In this document: positions 1 through 9,623 of the stretch, piece after piece
Numbering within the stretch: position 1 is the first letter of the stretch
Layout of the letters: the number at the start of each line of letters is the position of its first letter
Source: Escherichia coli
Lineage (GTDB): Bacteria > Pseudomonadota > Gammaproteobacteria > Enterobacterales > Enterobacteriaceae
Strand: one strand, 5' to 3'
NCBI RefSeq assembly: GCF_044324875.1
Contig: NZ_CP172185.1
DNA length: 64,000 bases
Notes under the pieces: generated by a model
Seen by the model: only the letters and a program-made list of their open reading frames with translations
Databases searched by the model: none
Told to the model about the DNA's origin: nothing
Program-made: the position numbers and the translations under genes

Positions 1-197
1 GTAAAGGCTGGGTGGAAAGGTTGCCGAACCCGAATGACAAGCGCGGCGTACTGGTAAAACTTACCACCAGCGGCGCGGCAATATGTGAACAATGCCATCA
101 ATTAGTTGGCCAGGACCTGCACCAAGAATTAACAAAAAACCTGACGGCGGACGAAGTGGCAACACTTGAGCATTTGCTTAAGAAAGTCCTGCCGTAA
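1..197 (+). CDS. marR: MarR multiple-antibiotic-resistance repressor, C-terminal part (5' end outside window)
   Basis: ORF runs in frame to stop at 197; C-terminal translation matches MarR; followed by marA and marB. Confidence 0.85.
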
Positions 198-216
198 ACA
201 AAAAAGAGGTATGACG

Positions 217-600
217 ATGTCCAGACGCAATACTGACGCTATTACCATTCATAGCATTTTGGACTGGATCGAGGACAACCTGGAATCGCCACTGTCACTG
301 GAGAAAGTGTCAGAGCGTTCGGGTTACTCTAAATGGCACCTGCAACGGATGTTTAAAAAAGAAACCGGTCATTCATTAGGCCAATACATCCGCAGCCGTA
401 AGATGACGGAAATCGCGCAAAAGCTGAAGGAAAGTAACGAGCCGATACTCTATCTGGCAGAACGATATGGCTTCGAGTCGCAACAAACTCTGACCCGAAC
501 CTTCAAAAATTACTTTGATGTTCCGCCGCATAAATACCGGATGACCAATATGCAGGGCGAATCGCGCTTTTTACATCCATTAAATCATTACAACAGCTAG
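217..600 (+). CDS. marA: MarA AraC/XylS-family transcriptional activator (127 aa)
   Basis: Translation [31 protein letters not shown]... recognised as MarA; ATG at 217 (alternative ATG at 211). Confidence 0.95.
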
Positions 601-631
601 TTGATAACGTGACAACGTCACTGAGGCAATC

Positions 632-850
632 ATGAAACCACTTTTATCCGCAATTGCAGCTGCGCTTATTCTCTTTTCCGCGCAGGGCGTTGCGGAACAA
701 ACCACGCAGCAGGTTGTTACTTCCTGTGCCAATGTCGTGGTTGTTCCCCCATCGCATGAACAACCACCGTTTGATTTAAATCACATGGGTACTGGCAGTG
801 ATAAGTCGGATGCGCTCGGCGTGCCCTATTATAATCAACACGCTATGTAG
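632..850 (+). CDS. marB: MarB small periplasmic protein (72 aa)
   Basis: 72-aa ORF with signal peptide immediately after marA. Confidence 0.9.
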   Translation: MKPLLSAIAAALILFSAQGVAEQTTQQVVTSCANVVVVPPSHEQPPFDLNHMGTGSDKSDALGVPYYNQHAM

Positions 851-859
851 TTTGTTCTG

Positions 860-877
860 GCCCCGACATATCGGGGC
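860..877. terminator. Hairpin between convergent marB and eamA (likely bidirectional terminator)
   Basis: Inverted repeat gccccgacatatcggggc followed by T-rich run. Confidence 0.5.
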
Positions 878-880
878 TTA

Positions 881-1780
881 TTAACTTCCCACTTTTACCG
901 CTTTACGCCACCGCAAGCCAAATACATTGATATACAGCCCGGTCATAATGAGCACCGCACCGAAAAATTGCAGACCCGTTAAGCGTTCATCCAGCAATAG
1001 TGCCGCACTTGCCAGTCCTACTACGGGCACCAGTAACGATAACGGTGCAACCCGCCAGGTTTCATAGCGTCCCAGTAACGTCCCCCAGATCCCATAACCA
1101 ACAATTGTCGCCACAAACGCCAGATACATCAGAGACAAGATGGTGGTCATATCGATAGTGACCAGACTGTGAATCATGGTTGCGGAACCATCGAGAATCA
1201 GCGAGGCAACAAAGAAGGGAATGATTGGGATTAATGCGCTCCAGATTACCAGCGACATCACCGCCGGACGCGTTGAGTGCGACATGATCTTTTTATTGAA
1301 GATGTTGCCACACGCCCAACTAAATGCTGCCGCCAGGGTCAACATAAAGCCGAGCATCGCCACATGCTGACCGTTCAGACTATCTTCGATTAACACCAGT
1401 ACGCCAAAAATCGCTAAGGCGATCCCCGCCAATTGTTTGCCATGCAGTCGCTCACCGAAAGTAAACGCGCCAAGCACGATAGTAAAAAACGCCTGTGCCT
1501 GTAACACCAACGAAGCCAGACCAGCAGGCATACCGAAGTTAATGGCACAAAAAAGAAAAGCAAACTGCGCAAAACTGATGGTTAATCCATACCCCAGCAG
1601 CAAATTCAGTGGTACTTTCGGTCGTGCGACAAAAAAGATAGCCGGAAAAGCAACCAGCATAAAGCGCAAACCGGCCAGCATCAGCGGTGGCATGTTATGA
1701 AGCCCCACTTTGATGACCACAAAATTTAGCCCCCATACGACCACTACCAGTAGCGCCAACACCCCATCTTTTCGCGACAT
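881..1780 (-). CDS. eamA: EamA (YdeD) cysteine/O-acetylserine exporter, 299 aa
   Basis: Polytopic membrane protein translation starting MSRKDGVLALLVVVVWGLNF; internal start chosen within the longer ORF. Confidence 0.9.
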   Translation of the reverse strand: MSRKDGVLALLVVVVWGLNFVVIKVGLHNMPPLMLAGLRFMLVAFPAIFFVARPKVPLNLLLGYGLTISFAQFAFLFCAINFGMPAGLASLVLQAQAFFTIVLGAFTFGERLHGKQLAGIALAIFGVLVLIEDSLNGQHVAMLGFMLTLAAAFSWACGNIFNKKIMSHSTRPAVMSLVIWSALIPIIPFFVASLILDGSATMIHSLVTIDMTTILSLMYLAFVATIVGYGIWGTLLGRYETWRVAPLSLLVPVVGLASAALLLDERLTGLQFFGAVLIMTGLYINVFGLRWRKAVKVGS

Positions 1781-1974
1781 TCTACCGCCTCTGAATTTCA
1801 TCTTTTGTAAGCAATCAACTTAGCTGAATTTACTTTTCTTTAACAGTTGATTCGTTAGTCACCCTTTACGACGGCATTAATGCGCAAATAAGTCGCTATA
1901 CTTCGGATTTTTGCCATGCTATTTCTTTACATCTCTAAAACAAAACATAACGAAACGCACTGCCGGACAGACAA

Positions 1975-3162
1975 ATGAACTTATCCCTACGACGCTCTAC
2001 CAGCGCCCTTCTTGCCTCGTCGTTGTTATTAACCATCGGACGCGGCGCTACGCTGCCGTTTATGACCATTTACTTGAGTCGCCAGTACAGCCTGAGTGTC
2101 GATCTAATCGGTTATGCGATGACAATTGCGCTCACTATTGGCGTCGTTTTTAGCCTCGGTTTTGGTATCCTGGCGGATAAGTTCGACAAGAAACGCTATA
2201 TGTTACTGGCAATTACCGCCTTCGCCTGCGGTTTTATTGCCATTCCTTTAGTGAATAACGTGACGCTGGTGGTGCTCTTTTTTGCCCTCATTAACTGCGC
2301 CTATTCCGTTTTTGCTACTGTGTTGAAAGCCTGGTTTGCCGACAATCTTTCGTCCACCAGCAAAACGAAAATCTTCTCAATCAACTACACCATGCTCAAC
2401 ATTGGCTGGACCATCGGTCCGCCGCTCGGCACGCTGTTGGTGATGCAGAGCATCAATCTGCCCTTTTGGCTGGCAGCTATCTGTTCCGCGTTTCCCATGC
2501 TTTTCATTCAAATTTGGGTAAAGCGCAGCGAGAAAATCATCGCCACGGAAACAGCCAGTGCCTGGTCGCCGAAAGTTTTATTACAAGATAAAGCACTGTT
2601 GTGGTTTACCTGCTCTGGCTTTCTGGCTTCTTTTGTTAGCGGCGCATTTGCTTCATGCATTTCACAATATGTGATGGTGATTGCTGATGGGGATTTTGCC
2701 GAAAAGGTGGTCGCGGTTGTTCTTCCAGTGAATGCTGCCATGGTAGTTACGTTGCAATATTCCGTGGGCCGGCGACTTAACCCGGCTAACATCCGCACGC
2801 TGATGACAGCAGGCACCCTCTGTTTCGTCATCGGTCTGGTCGGTTTTATTTTTTCCGGCAACAGCCTGCTATTGTGGGGTATGTCAGCTGCGGTATTTAC
2901 TGTCGGTGAAATCATTTATGCGCCGGGCGAGTATATGTTGATTGACCATATTGCGCCGCCAGGAATGAAAGCCAGCTATTTTTCCGCTCAGTCTTTAGGC
3001 TGGCTTGGTGCGGCGATTAACCCATTAGTGAGTGGCATAGTGCTAACCAACCTGCCGCCTTCCTCGCTGTTTATCATCTTAGCGTTGGTGATCATTGCTG
3101 CGTGGGTGCTGATGTTAAAAGGAATTCGTGCAAGACCGTGGGGGCAGCCCGCGCTTTGTTGA
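1975..3162 (+). CDS. ydeE: YdeE MFS transporter, 395 aa
   Basis: 395-aa multi-TM ORF recognised as YdeE. Confidence 0.9.
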   Translation: MNLSLRRSTSALLASSLLLTIGRGATLPFMTIYLSRQYSLSVDLIGYAMTIALTIGVVFSLGFGILADKFDKKRYMLLAITAFACGFIAIPLVNNVTLVVLFFALINCAYSVFATVLKAWFADNLSSTSKTKIFSINYTMLNIGWTIGPPLGTLLVMQSINLPFWLAAICSAFPMLFIQIWVKRSEKIIATETASAWSPKVLLQDKALLWFTCSGFLASFVSGAFASCISQYVMVIADGDFAEKVVAVVLPVNAAMVVTLQYSVGRRLNPANIRTLMTAGTLCFVIGLVGFIFSGNSLLLWGMSAAVFTVGEIIYAPGEYMLIDHIAPPGMKASYFSAQSLGWLGAAINPLVSGIVLTNLPPSSLFIILALVIIAAWVLMLKGIRARPWGQPALC

Positions 3163-3288
3163 TTTAAGTCGAACACAATAAAAATTTAATTCAGCCTTCG
3201 TTTAGGTTACCTCTGCTAATATCTTTCTCATTGAGATGAAAATTAAGGTAAGCGAGGAAACACACCACACCATAAACGGAGGCAAATA

Positions 3289-3384
3289 ATGCTGGGTAAT
3301 ATGAATGTTTTTATGGCCGTACTGGGAATAATTTTATTTTCTGGTTTTCTGGCCGCGTATTTCAGCCACAAATGGGATGACTAA
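3289..3384 (+). CDS. mgtS: MgtS (YneM) 31-aa small membrane protein
   Basis: ATG at 3289 encodes MLGNMNVFMAVLGIILFSGFLAAYFSHKWDD with stop at 3382-3384; not in the ORF track because it is under 60 aa. Confidence 0.85.
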   Translation: MLGNMNVFMAVLGIILFSGFLAAYFSHKWDD

Positions 3385-3411
3385 TGAACGGAGATAATCC
3401 CTCACCTAACC

Positions 3412-3450
3412 GGCCCCTTGTTACAGTTGTGTACAAGGGGCCTGATTTTT
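3412..3450 (+). terminator. Rho-independent terminator of mgtS
   Basis: Stem ggccccttgt...acaaggggcc followed by tgattttt. Confidence 0.6.
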
Positions 3451-3459
3451 ATGACGGCA

Positions 3460-3560
3460 AAAAAAAACCGCCAGTAAACCGGCGGTGAATGCTTGCATGG
3501 ATAGATTTGTGTTTTGCTTTTACGCTAACAGGCATTTTCCTGCACTGATAACGGATCGTT
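3460..3560 (-). ncRNA. mgrR: MgrR small RNA (PhoP-activated), about 95-100 nt
   Basis: Minus-strand unit ending in terminator accgcc-N8-ggcggt plus T9 (3460-3488), preceded by a PhoP-box-like direct repeat at 3590-3610; lies between mgtS and dgcZ as in K-12; ends approximate. Confidence 0.6.
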
Positions 3561-3589
3561 GACACAGTAGCATCAGTTTTCTCAATGAA

Positions 3590-3610
3590 TGTTAAACGGA
3601 GCTTAAACTC
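3590..3610 (-). promoter_or_regulatory. PhoP-box-like direct repeat (GTTTAA-N5-GTTTAA) upstream of mgrR
   Basis: Minus-strand reads gaGTTTAAgctccGTTTAAcat, two hexamers with 11-bp periodicity; overlaps the dgcZ stop. Confidence 0.5.
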
Positions 3611-4493
3611 GGTTAATCACATTTTGTTCGTCAATAAACATACAGCGATTTCTTCCGGTTTGCTTACCCTCATACATTGCCCGGTCCGCTCTTCCAATGA
3701 CCACATCCAGAGGTTCTTCAGGAAATGCGCGACTCACACCTGCAGTCACGGTAATGTTGATATGCCCTTCAGAATGTGTGATGGCATGGTTATCGACTAA
3801 CTGGCAAATTCTGATACCTGCACGACATGCTTCTTCATCATTAGCCGCTTTGACAATAATGATAAATTCTTCGCCACCGTAGCGATAAACCGTTTCGTAA
3901 TCGCGCGTCCAACTGGCTAAGTAAGTTGCCAGGGTGCGTAATACTACATCGCCGATTAAATGCCCGTAGGTATCATTAACCAATTTAAATCGGTCAATAT
4001 CCAACAACATTAAATAAAGATTCAGAGGCTCAGCGTTGCGTAACTGATGATCAAAGGATTCATCAAGAACCCGACGACCCGGCAATCCCGTCAAAACATC
4101 CATATTGCTACGGATCGTCAGCAAATAAATTTTGTAATCGGTTAATGCCGCAGTAAAAGAAAGCAACCCTTCCTGAAAGGCGTCGAAATGCGCGTCCTGC
4201 CAGTGATTTTCAACAATAGCCAACATTAATTCCCGACCACAGTTATGCATATGTTGATGGGCAGAATCCATTAGCCGAACGTAAGGTAATTCATCGTTAT
4301 CGAGTGGTCCCAGATGATCAATCCACCGACCAAACTGGCACAGTCCATAAGAATGGTTATCCGTTATTTCTGGCTTACTGGCATCTCTCGCGACCACGCT
4401 GTGAAACATACTCACCAGCCACTGGTAGTGGGCATCGATAGCCTTATTGAGATTTAACAAGATGGCATCAATTTCCGTTGTCTTCTTGATCAT
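3603..4493 (-). CDS. dgcZ: DgcZ (YdeH) zinc-regulated diguanylate cyclase, 296 aa
   Basis: Translation MIKKTTEIDAILLNLNKAIDAHYQWL... with GGEEF motif (RYGGEEFIII). Confidence 0.92.
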   Translation of the reverse strand: MIKKTTEIDAILLNLNKAIDAHYQWLVSMFHSVVARDASKPEITDNHSYGLCQFGRWIDHLGPLDNDELPYVRLMDSAHQHMHNCGRELMLAIVENHWQDAHFDAFQEGLLSFTAALTDYKIYLLTIRSNMDVLTGLPGRRVLDESFDHQLRNAEPLNLYLMLLDIDRFKLVNDTYGHLIGDVVLRTLATYLASWTRDYETVYRYGGEEFIIIVKAANDEEACRAGIRICQLVDNHAITHSEGHINITVTAGVSRAFPEEPLDVVIGRADRAMYEGKQTGRNRCMFIDEQNVINRV

Positions 4494-4747
4494 TGCCACT
4501 CCTTTTTCACAGTTCCTTGTGCGCGCTATTCTAACGAGAGAAAAGCAAAATTACGTCAATATTTTCATAGAAATCCGAAGTTATGAGTCATCTCTGAGAT
4601 AACATTGTGATTTGAAACAAAATCAGCAGATAAAAAAGTGTTTAATTCTGTAAATTAAGCCTGCATTATCGCAATTAAAAGGATGACAAATAGCATAAAC
4701 CAATACCCTAATGGCCCAGTAGTTCAGGCCATCAGGCTCATTTATTT

Positions 4748-5140
4748 TTATTTCTGCAAATGAGTGACCCGAACGACGGCCGGCGCGCTTTTCTTATCCA
4801 GACTGCCGCTAATGTTGATCATCTGGTCCGGCTGAACTTCTCGTCCATCAAAGACTGCCGCAGGAATAACAACATTAATTTCACCGCTCTTATCGCGAAA
4901 AACGTAACGGTTCTCTCCTTTGTGAGAAATCAAATTACCGCGTAGTGAAACCGAAGCGCCATCATGCATGGTTTTTGCGAAATCTACGGTCATTTTTTTT
5001 GCATCATCGGTTCCGCGATAGCCATCTTCTATTGCATGAGGCGGCGGTGGCGCTGCATCCTGTTTTAAACCGCCCTGGTCATCTGCCAACGCATAAGGCA
5101 TGACAAGAAAACTTGCTAATACAATGGCCTGAAATTTCAT
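4748..5140 (-). CDS. ydeI: YdeI periplasmic OB-fold (YgiW/BOF family) stress protein, 130 aa
   Basis: 130-aa secreted protein with signal peptide. Confidence 0.85.
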   Translation of the reverse strand: MKFQAIVLASFLVMPYALADDQGGLKQDAAPPPPHAIEDGYRGTDDAKKMTVDFAKTMHDGASVSLRGNLISHKGENRYVFRDKSGEINVVIPAAVFDGREVQPDQMINISGSLDKKSAPAVVRVTHLQK

Positions 5141-5461
5141 ACTGACTCCTTAATTGCGTTTGGTTTGACTTATTAAGTCTGGTTGCTATTTTTATAATTG
5201 ACAAATAAGAATACTGCCAATTGTTATAAGGCATTTAAAATCAGGCAACTAGCTGTCAAATATTAAGAGAATTTAACTCACTAAAGTAAGAAGAAGATTA
5301 AAGAGTCTTAAACATATTTCAGAACAATCAGATTTATAAATTTGAAAATTATTATAACGGAAGGGTATACAAAAAAAGTAATTTTGCTGGCGACTGCGAA
5401 ACGGCATTCGCATTAGCGGTGAAGTTTGCCCCCACCCAGCTGCTGCAATTACTGCTCTAAC

Positions 5462-5500
5462 CAGGCTGGCCTGGCGATATCTCCAGGCCAGCCATTGGTG
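5462..5500. terminator. Hairpin just downstream of dcp
   Basis: Inverted repeat ggctggcctgg / ccaggccagcc directly after the dcp stop. Confidence 0.45.
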
Positions 5501-5504
5501 GTGT

Positions 5505-7550
5505 TTATATGTTCAAGCCACGATGTTGCAGCATCGGCATAATCTGAGGTGCCTTACCGCGCCATTGTCGATACAGGCGTTCCAGATCTTCGCTGTTACC
5601 TCTGGAAAGAATCGCCTCGCGAAAACGCCGCCCATTTTCACGCGTTAATCCGCCCTGCTCAACAAACCACTGGTAACCATCATCGGCCAACATTTGCGTC
5701 CACAGATAAGCGTAATAACCTGCGGCATATCCGCCACCAAAAATATGGGCGAAATAACTGCTGCGATAGCGTGGCGGTATAGCGGGAAGATCCATATTTT
5801 CTGCCACCAGCGCCCGCAATTCGAAATCATCGACATCCTGCATTGCTTCGTTTTCTTCCAGGCAATGCCAGCGCATATCGAGAAGTGCGGCGCTAAGCAG
5901 TTCGCTCATCTCATACCCTTTATTGAACAGGCTGGCATTACGCATTTTCTGTTGCAGTTCGTCAGGCATTGCTGCCCCGCTCTGATAATGCCGGGCGTAG
6001 CGAGCGAATACCTGCGGATGCGTTGCCCAGTGTTCGTTGATTTGCGACGGAAATTCGACAAAATCACGCGGCGTGTTGGTGCCGGAAAGTGTGGCATAAC
6101 GCTGGCGGGCAAAGAGGCCGTGCAACGTATGACCAAATTCATGGAATAAGGTTATGACATCATCCCAGAGTAACAACGCAGGCTCACCGGCAGCGGGTTT
6201 CTGATAATTGCAGACGTTATAAATTACCGGATGCGTTTCATTAAGCGTTGATTGCTCAACAAAATTGCCCATCCATGCACCGCCGCTTTTTGAATCACGG
6301 GCGAAGAAATCACCGTAAAATAACGCCAGCCCCACGCCATTATGATCAAAAATTTCCCATACACGAACGTCAGGATGGTAGACAGGAATATCAAAACGTT
6401 CGACAAACTTAATACCGAAGAGCTGATTCGCGGTCCAGAATACACCTTCATTCAACACCGTGTTTAATTCAAAATATGGCTTGAGCTGCGATTCATCGAG
6501 ATCGAATTTCTCACGTCTTACCTGCTCGGCATAAAATGCCCAGTCCCACGGCTGCGCGCTAAACCCGCCCTGCTGCTTATCGATAACCGCCTGTATGGAG
6601 GCTAATTCATCGCTCGCACGTTGACGCGCCGCTGGAACAATTTCCCGCATAAAGTTGAGTGCTGCTTCTGGCGTTTTTGCCATCTGATCGGCGATTTTCC
6701 ATGCGGCATAATGAGGGAAACCAAGCAGTTTCGCCTGCTGCGCGCGGATCTCCACCAGACGTTGAATGATAGCGCGGGTATCATTGGCATCATTTTTTTC
6801 CGCTCGCGTCCAGCCCGCAGTGAACAGTTTTTCACGCGTCGCGCGATCGCGCAGTTCAGCAAGCGCTGGTTGCTGGGTGGTATTCAGCAACGGAATCAGC
6901 CATTTGTTATCCAGACCTTTCTCGCGAGCCGCCTCTGCCGCCAGCGCAATCTCTTGCTCACTCATTCCTGCCAGCTGCGCGAAATCGTTCACAACCAGAC
7001 CGCCGGATTTATTTGCTGCCAGTAACCGCTGGTTAAACTGGCTGGTCAGGGTCGCAGCTTCTGTATTCAGGACTTTTAATTTTGCTTTATCAGCTTGTGC
7101 AAGTTTGGCTCCGGCAAGGACAAAACGTTGATGAATGACCTCCACCAGGCGGATGGATTCACTATCAAGTCCCAGGGATTCACGGCGTTGCCAGACAGCA
7201 TCTACCCGCGCGAATAATTCACCGTTCAGATAGATATCATTAGCCAGTTCCGCCAGTTCAGCGGAAAACTGTTCATCAAGACGCTGTAATTCATCATTAG
7301 TATGCGCCGCAGTCATCGCAAAAAAGACGCTGGTAACGCGGGTAAGTAATTCTCCGCTTTGTTCCAGTGCCAGAATAGTATTGTTGAAATCAGGTGTTTG
7401 CGGGTTAAGCGCGATGGCAGCAATTTCTGCCCGCTTTTGCTGCATTCCCTCATCGAATGCCGGGCGATAGTGATGATTGGCAATTTGATCAAAATGGGGA
7501 GCCAGATACGGCAGTGTGCTTTGCACAAGGAAAGGATTCATTGTTGTCAT
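5505..7550 (-). CDS. dcp: Dcp dipeptidyl carboxypeptidase II (M3 family), 681 aa
   Basis: Translation from MTTMNPFLVQSTLPYL...; HEFGH zinc motif present (LFHEFGHTLH). Confidence 0.93.
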   Translation of the reverse strand: MTTMNPFLVQSTLPYLAPHFDQIANHHYRPAFDEGMQQKRAEIAAIALNPQTPDFNNTILALEQSGELLTRVTSVFFAMTAAHTNDELQRLDEQFSAELAELANDIYLNGELFARVDAVWQRRESLGLDSESIRLVEVIHQRFVLAGAKLAQADKAKLKVLNTEAATLTSQFNQRLLAANKSGGLVVNDFAQLAGMSEQEIALAAEAAREKGLDNKWLIPLLNTTQQPALAELRDRATREKLFTAGWTRAEKNDANDTRAIIQRLVEIRAQQAKLLGFPHYAAWKIADQMAKTPEAALNFMREIVPAARQRASDELASIQAVIDKQQGGFSAQPWDWAFYAEQVRREKFDLDESQLKPYFELNTVLNEGVFWTANQLFGIKFVERFDIPVYHPDVRVWEIFDHNGVGLALFYGDFFARDSKSGGAWMGNFVEQSTLNETHPVIYNVCNYQKPAAGEPALLLWDDVITLFHEFGHTLHGLFARQRYATLSGTNTPRDFVEFPSQINEHWATHPQVFARYARHYQSGAAMPDELQQKMRNASLFNKGYEMSELLSAALLDMRWHCLEENEAMQDVDDFELRALVAENMDLPAIPPRYRSSYFAHIFGGGYAAGYYAYLWTQMLADDGYQWFVEQGGLTRENGRRFREAILSRGNSEDLERLYRQWRGKAPQIMPMLQHRGLNI

Positions 7551-7686
7551 TTTCTTCTCCTGAACGCGAGGTGTTCCATAGCGTAGGCTTACTGATAACG
7601 GAGTGCAATCTTGCAAACCAGTATTACCCGCTCTTAAGCATCACGTGCTATGTTATTGACACACAAAAGCGTTGAGGAACAGTGAG

Positions 7687-8433
7687 ATGATCGTTTTAGT
7701 AACTGGAGCAACGGCAGGTTTTGGTGAATGCATTACTCGTCGTTTTATTCAACAAGGGCATAAAGTTATCGCCACTGGCCGTCGCCAGGAGCGGTTGCAG
7801 GAGTTAAAAGACGAACTGGGAGATAATCTTTATATCGCCCAACTGGACGTTCGCAACCGCGCCGCTATTGAAGAGATGCTGGCATCGCTTCCTGCCGAGT
7901 GGAGCAATATTGATATCCTGGTAAATAATGCCGGCCTGGCGTTGGGCATGGAGCCTGCGCATAAAGCCAGCGTTGAAGACTGGGAAACGATGATTGATAC
8001 CAACAATAAAGGCCTGGTATATATGACGCGCGCCGTCTTACCGGGTATGGTTGAACGTAATCATGGTCATATTATTAACATTGGCTCAACGGCAGGTAGC
8101 TGGCCGTATGCCGGTGGTAACGTTTACGGTGCGACGAAAGCGTTTGTTCGTCAGTTTAGCCTGAATCTGCGTACGGACCTGCATGGTACGGCGGTGCGCG
8201 TCACCGACATCGAACCGGGTCTGGTGGGTGGCACCGAGTTTTCCAATGTCCGCTTTAAAGGCGATGACGGTAAAGCGGAAAAAACCTATCAAAATACCGT
8301 TGCATTGACGCCAGAAGATGTCAGCGAAGCCGTCTGGTGGGTATCAACGCTGCCTGCTCACGTTAATATCAATACCCTGGAAATGATGCCGGTTACCCAA
8401 AGCTATGCCGGACTGAATGTCCACCGTCAGTAA
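7687..8433 (+). CDS. ydfG: YdfG NADP-dependent short-chain dehydrogenase, 248 aa
   Basis: SDR Rossmann motif TGATAGFG near N-terminus; start MIVLVTG. Confidence 0.9.
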   Translation: MIVLVTGATAGFGECITRRFIQQGHKVIATGRRQERLQELKDELGDNLYIAQLDVRNRAAIEEMLASLPAEWSNIDILVNNAGLALGMEPAHKASVEDWETMIDTNNKGLVYMTRAVLPGMVERNHGHIINIGSTAGSWPYAGGNVYGATKAFVRQFSLNLRTDLHGTAVRVTDIEPGLVGGTEFSNVRFKGDDGKAEKTYQNTVALTPEDVSEAVWWVSTLPAHVNINTLEMMPVTQSYAGLNVHRQ

Positions 8434-8521
8434 TTTTTATACCCGGCGTAACTGCCGGGTTATTGCTTGTCACAAAAAAGTGGTAGACTCATGCAGTTAA
8501 CTCACTCACAAGCAAGAACGA

Positions 8522-9208
8522 ATGACCGTCGAAACGCAACTTAATCCCACACAGCCTGTCAATCAGCAGATTTATCGTATTCTTCGTCGCGACATTGTCC
8601 ATTGCCTGATTGCACCAGGCACACCGTTGTCGGAAAAAGAAGTTTCTGTTCGTTTCAATGTGTCACGCCAGCCGGTTCGTGAAGCCTTTATTAAACTGGC
8701 GGAAAACGGCCTGATTCAAATTCGTCCGCAGCGTGGCAGCTACGTCAACAAAATTTCCATGGCCCAGGTGCGCAACGGCAGTTTTATCCGTCAGGCCATT
8801 GAGTGCGCGGTGGCGCGTCGGGCGGCGAGCATGATTACCGAAAGCCAGTGCTACCAACTGGAACAAAATCTTCACCAGCAACGCATTGCCATTGAGCGCA
8901 AGCAACTGGATGATTTTTTTGAACTTGATGACAACTTCCATCAACTCCTGACGCAGATTGCCGACTGTCAACTGGCGTGGGATACCATTGAGAACCTGAA
9001 AGCGACCGTTGATCGCGTGCGCTATATGAGTTTCGACCACGTTTCTCCACCAGAAATGCTGTTACGCCAGCATCTTGAGATTTTCTCTGCCCTGCAAAAA
9101 CGTGATGGCGATGCGGTAGAACGTGCAATGACGCAACATTTGCAGGAAATCAGCGAATCCGTGCGCCAGATCCGCCAGGAAAACAGCGACTGGTTTAGCG
9201 AAGAGTAA
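8522..9208 (+). CDS. ydfH: YdfH (RspR) GntR-family transcriptional regulator, 228 aa
   Basis: N-terminal GntR-type HTH with FadR-like C-terminal domain. Confidence 0.85.
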   Translation: MTVETQLNPTQPVNQQIYRILRRDIVHCLIAPGTPLSEKEVSVRFNVSRQPVREAFIKLAENGLIQIRPQRGSYVNKISMAQVRNGSFIRQAIECAVARRAASMITESQCYQLEQNLHQQRIAIERKQLDDFFELDDNFHQLLTQIADCQLAWDTIENLKATVDRVRYMSFDHVSPPEMLLRQHLEIFSALQKRDGDAVERAMTQHLQEISESVRQIRQENSDWFSEE

Positions 9209-9281
9209 TTCATTTCCTCTCATCCCATTCGGGGTGAGAGTCTCTCCCCCCGCCTTATGGCTCATGCATGCATCAAAAAAG

Positions 9282-9296
9282 ATGTGAGCTTGATCA
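9282..9296 (+). promoter_or_regulatory. Possible FNR half-site pair (TTGATcaaaAACAA) upstream of ydfZ
   Basis: Near-match to TTGAT-N4-ATCAA about 90 bp upstream of the ydfZ start. Confidence 0.3.
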
Positions 9297-9384
9297 AAAA
9301 CAAAAAATATTTCACTCGACAGGAGTATTTATATTGCGCCCGTTACGTGGGCTTCGACTGTAAATCAGAAAGGAGAAAACACCT

Positions 9385-9588
9385 ATGACGACCTACGATC
9401 GTAACCGTAACGCAATCACCACTGGCAGCCGTGTTATGGTTAGCGGCACCGGTCACACTGGCAAGATCCTGTCGATTGATACTGAAGGTCTGACCGCTGA
9501 GCAAATCCGCCGCGGAAAAACCGTAGTTGTTGAAGGTTGTGAAGAGAAACTGGCACCTCTGGACCTGATTCGTCTCGGCATGAACTAA
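9385..9588 (+). CDS. ydfZ: YdfZ small protein, 67 aa
   Basis: 67-aa ORF with strong SD (aggagaaaacacctATG). Confidence 0.85.
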
Positions 9589-9623
9589 GCGTGTGAATGC
9601 CGCCGATGGCGGCATTGCTTTTT

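Noticed and set aside
2508-2915. 135-aa minus-strand ORF inside ydeE
   Set aside because: Antisense to ydeE with no independent coding evidence.
5694-6149. 151-aa plus-strand ORF inside dcp
   Set aside because: Antisense to the well-supported dcp gene with no independent coding evidence.
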